Part shown: positions 16,961 through 25,722 of the stretch, in pieces
How the letters are laid out: every line of letters starts with the position of its first letter
Position numbering within the stretch: position 1 is the stretch's first letter
Source of the DNA: a virus
Lineage: Duplodnaviria; Caudoviricetes
IMG/VR virus record: IMGVR_UViG_3300016469_000254
Location: 1-36,945 of that record
DNA: 36,945 nucleotides
Direction: 5' to 3' (one strand)
Program-made: the position numbers and the translations under genes
Notes under the pieces: generated by a model
What the model saw: the letters and a program-made list of their open reading frames with translations, nothing else
Database searches by the model: none
What the model was told of the DNA's origin: nothing

Positions 16961-18100
16961 ATGGCAGCACACAGCAACATCGTCGGCGGCTCGACCGCCA
17001 AGCGGGTCATCGCCTGCCCCGGCTCTGTTCGGCTCTGCCAGCAGATGCCCGAGCGCCCCTCCTCCCGCTACGCCGACGAAGGCACCCTCTGCCACACTAT
17101 CATGGAAGGCGTGCTGACCCAGGACCGCAAGCCCGAGGAGTATCTGGGCGACGCGATCGGCAGCGTCGTCGTCACTGAGGAACTCATCGAGCGTAAAATA
17201 CGCCCGGCGCTTGCGGCGCTGAGTGAGATCGACCCGAACTATGACATGACCTACGAGTGCGAGGTCGTCGTCGGCTTCGGTGACGCGCTGCCCGGCGTGT
17301 TCGGGTCGGCCGATCTGATCGGCCGCATTGGCGACACGGCCATCGTGCTGGACTGGAAGTTCGGTGATGGCGTGGACGTGGCCGTCGAGGAAAACCCCCA
17401 GGCCATGTTCTACGCCGCGGCGGCCATGCGGACGTCCAAGGTCAAGTGGGCCTTCGATGGTGTCGAGAACATCGACTGCGTGATCGTGCAGCCGACAGCG
17501 GCGAAGCCCGTGAAGTGGTGGAGTACGAAGCCTGCGCGCATACGCGCCTTCGAGCGCGAGTTGTTCGCGGCCGTGAAGGAGGCCGAGAGGCCGGAGCCGC
17601 GCTTCGCCACCGGCGACCACTGCCGCTGGTGCGCCGCCAAGCCAATCTGCCCGCTGCTGACGGGCGCGGTCGAGCGCGCGGTGAAGACTAGCTTCCAAAA
17701 CATCGACGGCGCTCGTCTGGCACAAATGCTGGAGCAGGCGCCGCTGATCGAGGACTACATCACAGACGTTCGGCTGCTGGCGCAGGCAATGCTGGAAAAC
17801 GGCCAGCCCGTGCCCGGCTTCAAGTTGGTGCAGAAGCGCGCGACGCGCCAGTGGGTGAACCCCACCGAGGCCAAGGAGGCGCTCGCGCGTCTCGGCCTCG
17901 ACGCGACGGAATTGACGGAGACGAAGCTAGTCAGCCCGGCGCAGGCCGAGAAGGCGCTGAAGAAGCGCAAGCTCGACCTGCCGGACGAACTGGTCGTCGC
18001 CGTCTCATCGGGCACCACGCTGGCACCGGAGAGCGATCCCCGGCCGCCCGTGTTGCAGATCGGCCGCCAACTGGCGGCTGCTCTTGGTAAAATCGTCTGA
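16961..18100 (+). CDS. DUF2800-type Cas4-like PD-(D/E)xK exonuclease
   Basis: HS...S.AKR.IACPGS, EGTLCH, FGSAD, VLDWKFGDG, NPQAMFYA, HCRWCAAKPICP; SD GAGG before 16961. Confidence 0.88.
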   Translation: MAAHSNIVGGSTAKRVIACPGSVRLCQQMPERPSSRYADEGTLCHTIMEGVLTQDRKPEEYLGDAIGSVVVTEELIERKIRPALAALSEIDPNYDMTYECEVVVGFGDALPGVFGSADLIGRIGDTAIVLDWKFGDGVDVAVEENPQAMFYAAAAMRTSKVKWAFDGVENIDCVIVQPTAAKPVKWWSTKPARIRAFERELFAAVKEAERPEPRFATGDHCRWCAAKPICPLLTGAVERAVKTSFQNIDGARLAQMLEQAPLIEDYITDVRLLAQAMLENGQPVPGFKLVQKRATRQWVNPTEAKEALARLGLDATELTETKLVSPAQAEKALKKRKLDLPDELVVAVSSGTTLAPESDPRPPVLQIGRQLAAALGKIV

Positions 18101-18116
18101 AGGAAAGGACACCCTA

Positions 18117-18764
18117 ATGTCTGGTATCGTGAAGTTCGGTAACGCTAACCTTCCCTCCGTTCAGTCGCTGGCGCAGTCCCTGCGATCGCTCGACACCGGC
18201 ACGTCCCTTGGCAACACGGTCATCCTCAAGATGGACAAGACCGGCCACTGGGTCTTCGGCGCCGATCAGACCGAAGTGGAAGACGACAGCCTCTGGGCCA
18301 TCAACCCGTTCTCCTTCACCCACGGCTACATCGCCTGGGGTGACGGCGAGGTGCTGGGCGAGAAGATGGCGCCCGTCACGCAGCCCCTGCCTGAACTGGA
18401 GCCGGCCCCGCCGGGCTCCAAGCGCGGGTGGGAGCCGCAGGTCGGCATGTCGCTCAAGTGCGTCAAGGGCGAGGACAAGGACATGGAAGCCCGCTTCCAG
18501 ACCACGTCCGTCGGCGGCAAGCGCGCCGTGCAGGTGCTGGCGCTCGCCATCGCCTCGCAGGTGGAGAAGGACCAGGGCCGGCCGGTGCCGGTGGTCCGTC
18601 TCAAGAAGGAACACTACACGCATAAGTCATACGGTAGAATATTTACACCGGTCTTTGACGTGGTAGAGTGGATTAGCCTTGATGGCCCGGATGCGGAGGT
18701 AGCGGACGTTCCGGCGGAAGAACCCGCCGCTGAGACCGGACGCCGCCGCCGCCGCGCGGTCTGA
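18117..18764 (+). CDS. Putative single-stranded DNA-binding protein
   Basis: SD AAGGA; lies between exonuclease and polymerase; aromatic beta-rich core (YTHKSYGRIFTPVFDVVEW) and acidic tail. Confidence 0.7.
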   Translation: MSGIVKFGNANLPSVQSLAQSLRSLDTGTSLGNTVILKMDKTGHWVFGADQTEVEDDSLWAINPFSFTHGYIAWGDGEVLGEKMAPVTQPLPELEPAPPGSKRGWEPQVGMSLKCVKGEDKDMEARFQTTSVGGKRAVQVLALAIASQVEKDQGRPVPVVRLKKEHYTHKSYGRIFTPVFDVVEWISLDGPDAEVADVPAEEPAAETGRRRRRAV

Positions 18765-18770
18765 CAGCAG

Positions 18771-18803
18771 CGCCGCCCTGCGGCAACGTAGGGCGGCGTT
18801 TTT
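18771..18803 (+). terminator. Rho-independent terminator
   Basis: 12-bp stem CGCCGCCCTGCG-GCAA-CGTAGGGCGGCG (one G-U pair, GNRA loop) followed by TTTTT. Confidence 0.88.
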
Positions 18804-18822
18804 GTAGGGGGGTATCCACAAT

Positions 18823-19365
18823 ATGGATGAAGTATGGAAAGACATTCCTGGGTTTGAAGGGTGCTATCAAGCCAGCACGCACGGCCGCATAAGGTCGGTA
18901 GCGCGCACCGTACATCGGAAAGACGGCCACAACGGATACGCTTTGTGGAACTATCCAGGAAAAATTCTTCGCGAAAGACCTAAAGAGAGCGGGCATTTGA
19001 ATGTGAGTCTTGGCGCGCGCAACACCAAAAAAGTTCATCGGTTGGTATTAGAGACGTTTGTTGGCCCTTGCCCTGCCGGTATGGAGTGTCTGCACGCTGA
19101 CGGCGATCCGACCAATAACAGGCTCGACAATTTGCGTTGGGGTACTCGTTCTGAAAATCGCGCCGACATACGAAAGCACGCGCAGATGCACCGTCGTCGT
19201 ATGGGCTCCACTTGGCTGTCTGAAGAGACGATACGCGCCATCAAGCGCGACTTAGCTTTGCCTAATAAACCTACGCATAAAACGCTGGCGCTGAAATACG
19301 GCGTTCACATCAACACGATCAGTAACATCAACCGCGGCCGCACGCACAAGTGGGTGGGTCCGTGA
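18823..19365 (+). CDS. Free-standing NUMOD4-HNH homing endonuclease
   Basis: EVWKDIPGFEGCYQAS..GRIRS (NUMOD4), VHRLV..FVG..P, H.DGDPTNNRLDNLRWGT.SEN, C-terminal HTH; lower GC than the flanks. Confidence 0.92.
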   Translation: MDEVWKDIPGFEGCYQASTHGRIRSVARTVHRKDGHNGYALWNYPGKILRERPKESGHLNVSLGARNTKKVHRLVLETFVGPCPAGMECLHADGDPTNNRLDNLRWGTRSENRADIRKHAQMHRRRMGSTWLSEETIRAIKRDLALPNKPTHKTLALKYGVHINTISNINRGRTHKWVGP

Positions 19366-21329
19366 CGACACTCTGGCTCGATTTTGAGACGCGCAGCCGC
19401 TGCGATCTGACGCAGGCGGGCGCTTACAACTACGCCCAGGACGCCAGCACCGAGGTGCTGTGCATGTCCTACGCCTTCGACGAGGAGGAGGTCACGACTT
19501 GGCTACCGGGTCAGCCCTTCCCCGAGCGCGTGGCGCAGCACCGCGGACAAATCCGCGCGCACAACGCCGCCTTCGAGCGCATGATCTTCTGGTATGTGCT
19601 GGCCCCCGAGCATGGCTTCCCCGAGCCCCGGCTGGAGCAGTTCTATTGCACCGCCGCGCAGGCGCGGGCCAACTGCGGGCCCGGTAGCCTGGAGGACGTG
19701 GGGCGCTTCGCCGGCGCGTCCATGAAGAAGGACCACCGCGGCGCCCAACTGATCCGCGCGCTGTCCATCCCCAAGCCCGACGGCACCTTCCGCGAGGACG
19801 CGGCGCTGCTGGCCGAGATGGTCCAGTATTGCGAGCAGGACGTCCGCGCGATGCGCGCCGTCAGCAAGGCGATGCGCGAACTGTCGGCCGAGGAACTGGC
19901 CGACTACCACGTCAACGAGCGCATCAACGACCGTGGCGTGCTGGTGGACGTCGATCTCTGCAACGCCGCCATCCGCTACGCCGAGCAGGAACTGGTCGAG
20001 ATCGAGCAGACCGTCCGCGAGGTGACGGGCGGCGCCATCACCAGCGTCCGCAGCCCGAAGATGCGGGCGTGGGTCGAACACCGGGTCGGGCCGCAAGCCC
20101 GCAAGCTGATGACCGTCTACAAGGACGGCGAGGCCAAGGTGTCGATCGACAAGACCGTCCGCGGCAACCTGCTGTCGCTGGCCGACGAGAACCCCGACGA
20201 GGTGCCCCCCGACGTGGCCGAGGTCATCCAATGCGCGGACGACCTCTGGGCCTCTAGCGTGGCCAAGTTCGCCAGGGCGGCGGCGCTGGCCGACGCCGAG
20301 GACGGCCGCGTCCGCGGCGCCTTCGTCTTCTCTGGCGGGGCCGCCACGGGCCGCGCCTCCAGCTACGGCCTGCAAGTCCACAACTTCCCGCGCAAGTGCG
20401 CCGAGGCGCCCGAAGAGGTGCGTCAGGCGATGGTGCGGGGGCACCAGGTCGTGCCGGCCTACGGGCGGCGCGTCACGGACGTGCTGAAGGGGATGCTGCG
20501 CCCGGCGCTGCTGCCGGCGCCCGGCAATGTCCTGATCGCCGCCGACTGGTCCGCGATCGAGGCGCGGGTGAACCCCTGGCTGTCCGGCCGGGGCGAGGAC
20601 AAGCTGGAACTCTTTCGCACCGGCCAGGACGTCTACAAGGTGAACGCCTCCGCGACGTTCCGCGTCCCCGTCGAGGACGTGTCAAAGGACCAGCGCCAAG
20701 TCGGCAAAGTGCAGGAGTTGGCCTGCGGCTTCGCGGGCGGCGTCGGCGCCTTCGCGGCCATGGGCCGCATCTACGGCATCAACCTGCCCGAGAGCGAGGC
20801 TAGGAAGATGGTGGACGCATGGCGTCGGGCCAATGCCTGGGCCGTGCCGTTCTGGGAGGGGCTGGAGAACGCCTACACGCGGGCCATGCGCAACCGGGGG
20901 CATGAGTTCAGCGCGGGCCGCATAACCTATTTGTTCGACGGCCAGCACCTTTGGTATGCTCTGCCGTCAGGCCGCGTTCTTTGCTATCCCTTCGCGCGCC
21001 TGGAGCCCGAGGGCGTCACCTATGCCAAAGCCTCTTGGAAGCCCGCAGCGGACGCGAAAGAGTGGCCCCGCGCGCGGCTCTGGCGGGGGCTGGCCTGCGA
21101 GAACGTCACACAAGCCTGCGCCCATGATCTGCTGCGGCATAGCCTGCGGCAGCTAGAGGCGGAAGGTCACGGCGTCGTGCTGCATGTCCACGACGAAATC
21201 GTCGTCGAGACGCCGGACCCGGATGCGGCCAAGGCCGCCATGCAGCGCATCATGTGTTCACCACCGGCGTGGGCGGCAGGGATACCGCTCGACATCGAAG
21301 CGTCGGTGATGAACAGGTATGGCAAGTAG
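19362..21329 (+). CDS. polA: Phage family A DNA polymerase with 3'-5' exonuclease domain
   Basis: LDFETRS, AHNAAFE, YCEQDV (exonuclease); TGR, DWSAIEAR (motif A), RQVGKVQEL (motif B), VHDE (motif C); GTG start overlapping the HNH stop. Confidence 0.95.
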   Translation: MTTLWLDFETRSRCDLTQAGAYNYAQDASTEVLCMSYAFDEEEVTTWLPGQPFPERVAQHRGQIRAHNAAFERMIFWYVLAPEHGFPEPRLEQFYCTAAQARANCGPGSLEDVGRFAGASMKKDHRGAQLIRALSIPKPDGTFREDAALLAEMVQYCEQDVRAMRAVSKAMRELSAEELADYHVNERINDRGVLVDVDLCNAAIRYAEQELVEIEQTVREVTGGAITSVRSPKMRAWVEHRVGPQARKLMTVYKDGEAKVSIDKTVRGNLLSLADENPDEVPPDVAEVIQCADDLWASSVAKFARAAALADAEDGRVRGAFVFSGGAATGRASSYGLQVHNFPRKCAEAPEEVRQAMVRGHQVVPAYGRRVTDVLKGMLRPALLPAPGNVLIAADWSAIEARVNPWLSGRGEDKLELFRTGQDVYKVNASATFRVPVEDVSKDQRQVGKVQELACGFAGGVGAFAAMGRIYGINLPESEARKMVDAWRRANAWAVPFWEGLENAYTRAMRNRGHEFSAGRITYLFDGQHLWYALPSGRVLCYPFARLEPEGVTYAKASWKPAADAKEWPRARLWRGLACENVTQACAHDLLRHSLRQLEAEGHGVVLHVHDEIVVETPDPDAAKAAMQRIMCSPPAWAAGIPLDIEASVMNRYGK

Positions 21330-21338
21330 GGGGAGAAA

Positions 21339-23651
21339 ATGACGGACTTCGTAGAGTACCTGCAAAACCTCGCTGAGAAAGGCGAGACGCTGCTGATCGT
21401 TAACCAGCGGCCCATCATGCGCGGCGGCGAGCAACTGAAGCACGCCGACGGTACGCTGAAGTACACATGGCCCGCCTACTTGCCGACGCGGCGGCGGGGC
21501 GACGGCGCTTGGTACGCCAACACCGGCTCCTTCATCATCGACCGCTTCCGCGACGGCCAAGCGAGCGCCGCAGCGTCCAACTGCGAACACGTCCTTGTGA
21601 TGATGCTCGACGACGTGGGGACGAAAGCGAAGACGCCGCCTCTGCCGCCGACATGGATCATGGAGACGTCCGAAGGCTCCTTCCAATGGGGCTACGCCTT
21701 CTCGGACCAGCCCAAAAAGGGCGAGTTCACGGCGGCCATGACGGCCATCGCGGAGGCCGGCTACACGGACCCAGGCGCCACCAACGCCGTCCGCAACTTC
21801 CGACTGCCTGGGTCGGTTAACCTCAAGCCTGGTCGCGGCGGCTTTAAGGCGCGGCTGGTGGAGTTCCACCCCGAGCGCGAGTTCACGCTGAAGGAAATCT
21901 GCGAGGCGCTGGGTGTTACGCCTGCGCCAGCGGACACGGCCTCAACACGCTCCTTCCGCCTGCGCGACACGGGTAAGGACGTGGTGCTGGAGTGGCTGAA
22001 CGAGCAGGGGCTGGTGCTGTCGCCGGTCAACCAAGAGGGCTGGCTGGGCGTCGTCTGCCCGAACGCGGCAGAACACACCACGGGGCAGAACGAGGCCCGC
22101 TACAGCCCGATCAACCGCGCGTTCTGCTGCTACCACAGCCACTGCGAGCATCTGGACAGCGCCGCCTTCCTCAAGTGGGTCTGCGACAAAGGCGGCCCGC
22201 GCGCGACGCCGGGGCTGCGGGATGAACTGCTGGCCGAGCAGATGTCGCGGGCCATGGACAAGCTGACGCCGACACCTGAGTACCCCGACCGCGCCGCGGA
22301 GGTGATTGCGGAGGTCGATCGGAAGGAACTGGGTCGGGTCGAGAAGGCGGCATGGTATGAGCGGTTCGCCTACGTCGTGTCGGACGACTGCTTTTTCGAC
22401 CTAGTGGACCGGCGCGAGATCAGCCGCCACGCGTTCAACGCCCTGTTCCGCCACATCTCCTGCCGGTCCATCCACACCGGCAAGAAGATCGAAGCGGCCA
22501 CCTGCTTCGACGAAAACCGTCAGGCGATGGGCGCGCGCGTTCTCGTTGGCGTGACCTACGCCGCGGGCGAGAGCGTGCTGGTATCGCGGGGCGGCGAGGT
22601 CTACGGCAACCGCTGGACCAACGCCCGGCCTGACGTGAGCGCCGTTCCGCGTGGTGACGTGTCGCGGTGGCTCGACCACTGCCGCCGACTGGTGCCCGAG
22701 CCGCGCGAGCTTAACCACATCTGGGACGTGATGGCGTTCAAGCTCCAGAACCCGAACGTGAAGATCAACCATGCGGTTCTGCACGGCGGCCATGGCGGCA
22801 GCGGCAAGGATACGATGTGGGCGCCGTTCATGTGGGCGGTCTGTGGCCCCCAGCTTGTGAACCGCGGGCTGATCGACGGCGACACGATTACGAGCCAATG
22901 GGGCTACGCTCTGGAGAGCGAAGTCATCCTTCTGAACGAATTGAAGGAGCCGGAGGCGCGGGAGCGTCGGGCGATGGCGAACCGGCTGAAGCCGATCATC
23001 GCCGCGCCGCCAGAGTACCTGGTCGTGAACCGCAAGGGTTTGCACCCGTACGATACGCTCAACCGGGCGTTTGTCCTGGCGTTCAGCAATGACATGATCC
23101 CGATCACGCTGTCGTCAGACGACCGGCGCTGGTTCGTCGTCTGGTCCCAGGCGGAACGCATGGACCCAGAGGCGGCGTCGGTCATGTGGCGCTGGTATAG
23201 GGAGGGGAACGGGTTCGCCCAGATCGCGCAGTGGCTCTATGACCGCGACGTGTCGGCGTTCAACCCTGGTGCCGCCCCGCCCATGACGGACGTCAAGGCG
23301 TCGCTGGTGGAACACAGCATGAGTACCGCCGAGAGCATGATCGTGGACATGATCCGCGGGCGTCAGGGCGAGTTCTCCAGGGGCATCATCGCCGGGCCGT
23401 TCCACGCGCTCTGCGATCGTCTCCAGGCGCAGATGCCGCCGGGCGTGAAGGTGCCGCAGGCTGCGCTGCTGCACGCGGTCCTTGAGGCTAAGTGGGTGGA
23501 TATGGGGCGGCTCTATTCGTCCGAGTATCAGACGAAGAAGCACGTTTTCTGCGCGCCCGAACTGGCCGAGCGGTACAGCAAGAGCGACCTTCGGCGCTTG
23601 GTCGAGCAGTCTGCCGCGCCGAAGGTCGTCGATCTCAAGATTGCGAAGTGA
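21339..23651 (+). CDS. Primase-helicase (RepB-like primase, Zn-binding region, DUF5906-type NTPase)
   Basis: MLDDVG, ETSEGSFQWGY, RNFRLPGSVN, CP...H...CYHSHC, GGSGKDT (Walker A), LNE, FSN, DRRW. Confidence 0.88.
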   Translation: MTDFVEYLQNLAEKGETLLIVNQRPIMRGGEQLKHADGTLKYTWPAYLPTRRRGDGAWYANTGSFIIDRFRDGQASAAASNCEHVLVMMLDDVGTKAKTPPLPPTWIMETSEGSFQWGYAFSDQPKKGEFTAAMTAIAEAGYTDPGATNAVRNFRLPGSVNLKPGRGGFKARLVEFHPEREFTLKEICEALGVTPAPADTASTRSFRLRDTGKDVVLEWLNEQGLVLSPVNQEGWLGVVCPNAAEHTTGQNEARYSPINRAFCCYHSHCEHLDSAAFLKWVCDKGGPRATPGLRDELLAEQMSRAMDKLTPTPEYPDRAAEVIAEVDRKELGRVEKAAWYERFAYVVSDDCFFDLVDRREISRHAFNALFRHISCRSIHTGKKIEAATCFDENRQAMGARVLVGVTYAAGESVLVSRGGEVYGNRWTNARPDVSAVPRGDVSRWLDHCRRLVPEPRELNHIWDVMAFKLQNPNVKINHAVLHGGHGGSGKDTMWAPFMWAVCGPQLVNRGLIDGDTITSQWGYALESEVILLNELKEPEARERRAMANRLKPIIAAPPEYLVVNRKGLHPYDTLNRAFVLAFSNDMIPITLSSDDRRWFVVWSQAERMDPEAASVMWRWYREGNGFAQIAQWLYDRDVSAFNPGAAPPMTDVKASLVEHSMSTAESMIVDMIRGRQGEFSRGIIAGPFHALCDRLQAQMPPGVKVPQAALLHAVLEAKWVDMGRLYSSEYQTKKHVFCAPELAERYSKSDLRRLVEQSAAPKVVDLKIAK

Positions 23652-23871
23652 CGGTCGGCGGATCGGTGATGGTCAGGCGTGGGCGGGCGCGTCCCGTCCT
23701 CGTCTCGGACGGCTTCGGCTCCTCCACCTTCGCCTCGACGACCGACTTGAACTCGCCGCACCAATAGGAGCGCGCAACGCGGTGCGGCTGCGGGTAACGC
23801 TGGCAGGTGAGCGAGCCGCCGATCTGGCCGGCGGTGTAGCGGCAGATTCCGCAGTTGATCTGTTCAGTCAT
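23635..23871 (-). CDS. Small four-Cys protein
   Basis: SD GAGGAGG before the ATG at 23871; CGIC...CQRYP...WCGEF. Confidence 0.7.
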   Translation of the reverse strand: MTEQINCGICRYTAGQIGGSLTCQRYPQPHRVARSYWCGEFKSVVEAKVEEPKPSETRTGRARPRLTITDPPTVTSQS

Positions 23872-23873
23872 GG

Positions 23874-24104
23874 TTAACCTCCTCGATATTCGAGCCCGGT
23901 GGGTTGGGTTGGCTTGCGCGGGCACGTCGGGCTTTCGCAATCTCTGTTCGCGCCCGGCGGGCAAATGCAGCCGCGCACCGGAGGCGCTGCTGAGTGGGTG
24001 TTGGGGAACATGCACGGCTGACGGGAACATGTCTGCCCGGCATACAGACCACATGAGCAGCGCAGCGGGTATGGCCCGGCATAGAAGGGCGGCGTCATGC
24101 TCAT
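23874..24104 (-). CDS. Small Cys/Pro-rich hypothetical protein
   Basis: ATGA coupling; CSCG...C...C and GCICPPGAN.DC.SP.CPRK clusters. Confidence 0.6.
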   Translation of the reverse strand: MSMTPPFYAGPYPLRCSCGLYAGQTCSRQPCMFPNTHSAAPPVRGCICPPGANRDCESPTCPRKPTQPTGLEYRGG

Positions 24105-24370
24105 CGCCCGTCCTCCAGCAGCGCGGCGCCAACGGAGCGAACCAGCGCGGCGGTTGCGTGATCGGTCATGCGCTCGAACTTCGCAGCGAGCGCTTCGATC
24201 CCTTCGCGCCGCCCCCTGGCGACGGCTCGCGTGATGTTCTCAAGCCCCGCGATCTCGGCCCGCATCTCGGCCCTCAGCAGATCGGCCCGCAGCCGCTCGA
24301 TCTCGTCGGCGGCTTCCTCATGCAGAAAGTCCGCATTGAGTGACCGCAGCCGCTCCACAATGTCAGTCAC
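24101..24370 (-). CDS. Hypothetical coiled-coil phage protein
   Basis: GTG start; TDIVERLR...EAADEIERLR motif common in small phage proteins. Confidence 0.7.
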   Translation of the reverse strand: MTDIVERLRSLNADFLHEEAADEIERLRADLLRAEMRAEIAGLENITRAVARGRREGIEALAAKFERMTDHATAALVRSVGAALLEDGR

Positions 24371-24629
24371 GGTCCGCCCCAGTCTTGTAGATGTCGAGGA
24401 ACCGCTTCGCGACCAGATGGCCGCCGGGCAGGCGCACCATGACGGTCGGCTCACCGATCGCCTCGATGATGTCGCGCTCTAGCTGGTGCAGGCGGTTGGC
24501 GATGGCCTCGATCACGTCGGGGTCGTCGCCCGCGTCGCCATCGCGGCGGTCCAGCAGCGCCGCCACCCGTTCCGCCACATCGAACGCGGCGCTTACGGCG
24601 CTATCGGCCTTCTCTGTCGTGTAGCGCAT
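24363..24629 (-). CDS. Hypothetical protein
   Basis: Tiles with its neighbours in the leftward operon; GAGGGA upstream. Confidence 0.55.
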   Translation of the reverse strand: MRYTTEKADSAVSAAFDVAERVAALLDRRDGDAGDDPDVIEAIANRLHQLERDIIEAIGEPTVMVRLPGGHLVAKRFLDIYKTGADRD

Positions 24630-24774
24630 CGCTCTTGTCCCTCTCTCGTCTGTATGCGTTGGCGATGGCCACCGCCAGCACGTCCGGGTGCTGGCCCTCC
24701 ACCGCTTTGATCCCCCAGTCTCGCGCCATCTGGCGCAGCCGTGCCGGATCGCTCTCCTCGATCCGCACCCGCAT
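24601..24774 (-). CDS. Hypothetical protein (start 24774 or 24801)
   Basis: TGATG coupling to the upstream gene; MRVRIEESDPARLRQMARDWG... Confidence 0.5.
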   Translation of the reverse strand: MRVRIEESDPARLRQMARDWGIKAVEGQHPDVLAVAIANAYRRERDKSDALHDREGR

Positions 24775-25061
24775 CAGCGGCTGCCTTTGCACGGCTGGCA
24801 TATCCTATTGTGCGCACCTTCACTGTCAAACATTTTTTGACAGCGGAGGCACATGCGCCTGGTGGTGCCTGGCTGGGGTCCGTCCGGCTTGCGAAGCTGC
24901 TTGCGGTAGGCCGCGCGACGTTCGGGGCTGGTCTGTGCCGCCCACCATGTCGAGAGGCCGTTGCCGGTGATGTTCCCCACCTCCTCCGCGATCTGTGCCC
25001 AGTTTTTCCCTTCCGCCCGGCCGCGTTCCACGATCTCCCGGCGTCTCGTCAGGTCAGGCAT
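24774..25061 (-). CDS. GcrA-like HTH protein with C-terminal Zn finger
   Basis: AEGKNWAQIAEEVGNITGNG resembles the GcrA N-terminal HTH; CLRC...NRICQPCK; SD GGAGG. Confidence 0.6.
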   Translation of the reverse strand: MPDLTRRREIVERGRAEGKNWAQIAEEVGNITGNGLSTWWAAQTSPERRAAYRKQLRKPDGPQPGTTRRMCLRCQKMFDSEGAHNRICQPCKGSR

Positions 25062-25287
25062 CGCCCCTCCGCAGCGGCGTGACGTTGTCCCTAGCCTCGC
25101 CGTCCCACGGCTGGCGGCGCCAGTGGGGCGGCACGGTCGTGCCCTCCAGCATGCGCGCCCTCTCCACTAAGTCGGGCATGATGACGGCCAGAAGCTCCAG
25201 CGCCACCAGGGCGCGCATGGGGTCGCCTTCCGTGGCCAAGTCGGCGGCCATGTCGGCCACCGACAGCAGGTCATCCGCGAGGCTCAT
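25054..25287 (-). CDS. Hypothetical protein
   Basis: SD AAGGAG, ATGA coupling; MSLADDLLSVAD...NVTPLRR. Confidence 0.65.
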   Translation of the reverse strand: MSLADDLLSVADMAADLATEGDPMRALVALELLAVIMPDLVERARMLEGTTVPPHWRRQPWDGEARDNVTPLRRGDA

Positions 25288-25511
25288 GCGGCGGGCTCCT
25301 TCAGCTTCAGCGGCTTGACCGGCTCGCGCTTGTTGTGGCGCGCCCAGACGGCTTCGGCTTCGTCCAGTTGGCGGCCCAGCGCGGCCAGCGTGCGCTGAAT
25401 GCGCCAATGTTCTTCGCCGCCTTCATAGGCTTGCTTCAGTAGCTGTTCATGCACGGCGATTGAGGCGCAGAGGACGCGGATTGTGCGGAAGGGTGGCGGG
25501 TTGAGGTTCAT
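25284..25511 (-). CDS. Hypothetical protein
   Basis: ATGA coupling on both sides. Confidence 0.6.
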   Translation of the reverse strand: MNLNPPPFRTIRVLCASIAVHEQLLKQAYEGGEEHWRIQRTLAALGRQLDEAEAVWARHNKREPVKPLKLKEPAA

Positions 25512-25627
25512 CGCCAGTCGTCCTCAATGTTCATGGTGCGGAAGATGGCCCACGCGGCCAGCAGGATCAGCCCGATCCCGCCGATGATCAACGCGAGCCC
25601 AAACTTGAGCCAATCCACAAAGTCCAT
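25508..25627 (-). CDS. 39-aa single-TM membrane peptide
   Basis: SD GAGGGGAG; MDFVDWLKFGLALIIGGIGLILLAAWAIFRTMNIEDDWR. Confidence 0.65.
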   Translation of the reverse strand: MDFVDWLKFGLALIIGGIGLILLAAWAIFRTMNIEDDWR

Positions 25628-25722
25628 TGATTTGCTCCCCTCTTGTGCGTAACACTTCTTGCGGTGGTGCTGCGGTGGTCGCGCGCCATCATGCGCTGGC
25701 CGGCTCTCCCCAGGGTCGCGCA

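Noticed and set aside
16608-16970. 121-aa N-terminal extension of the 15891..16970 ORF
   Set aside because: It overlaps the whole VRR-NUC gene and the promoter gap in another frame; the ATGA-coupled start at 16607 is far more plausible.
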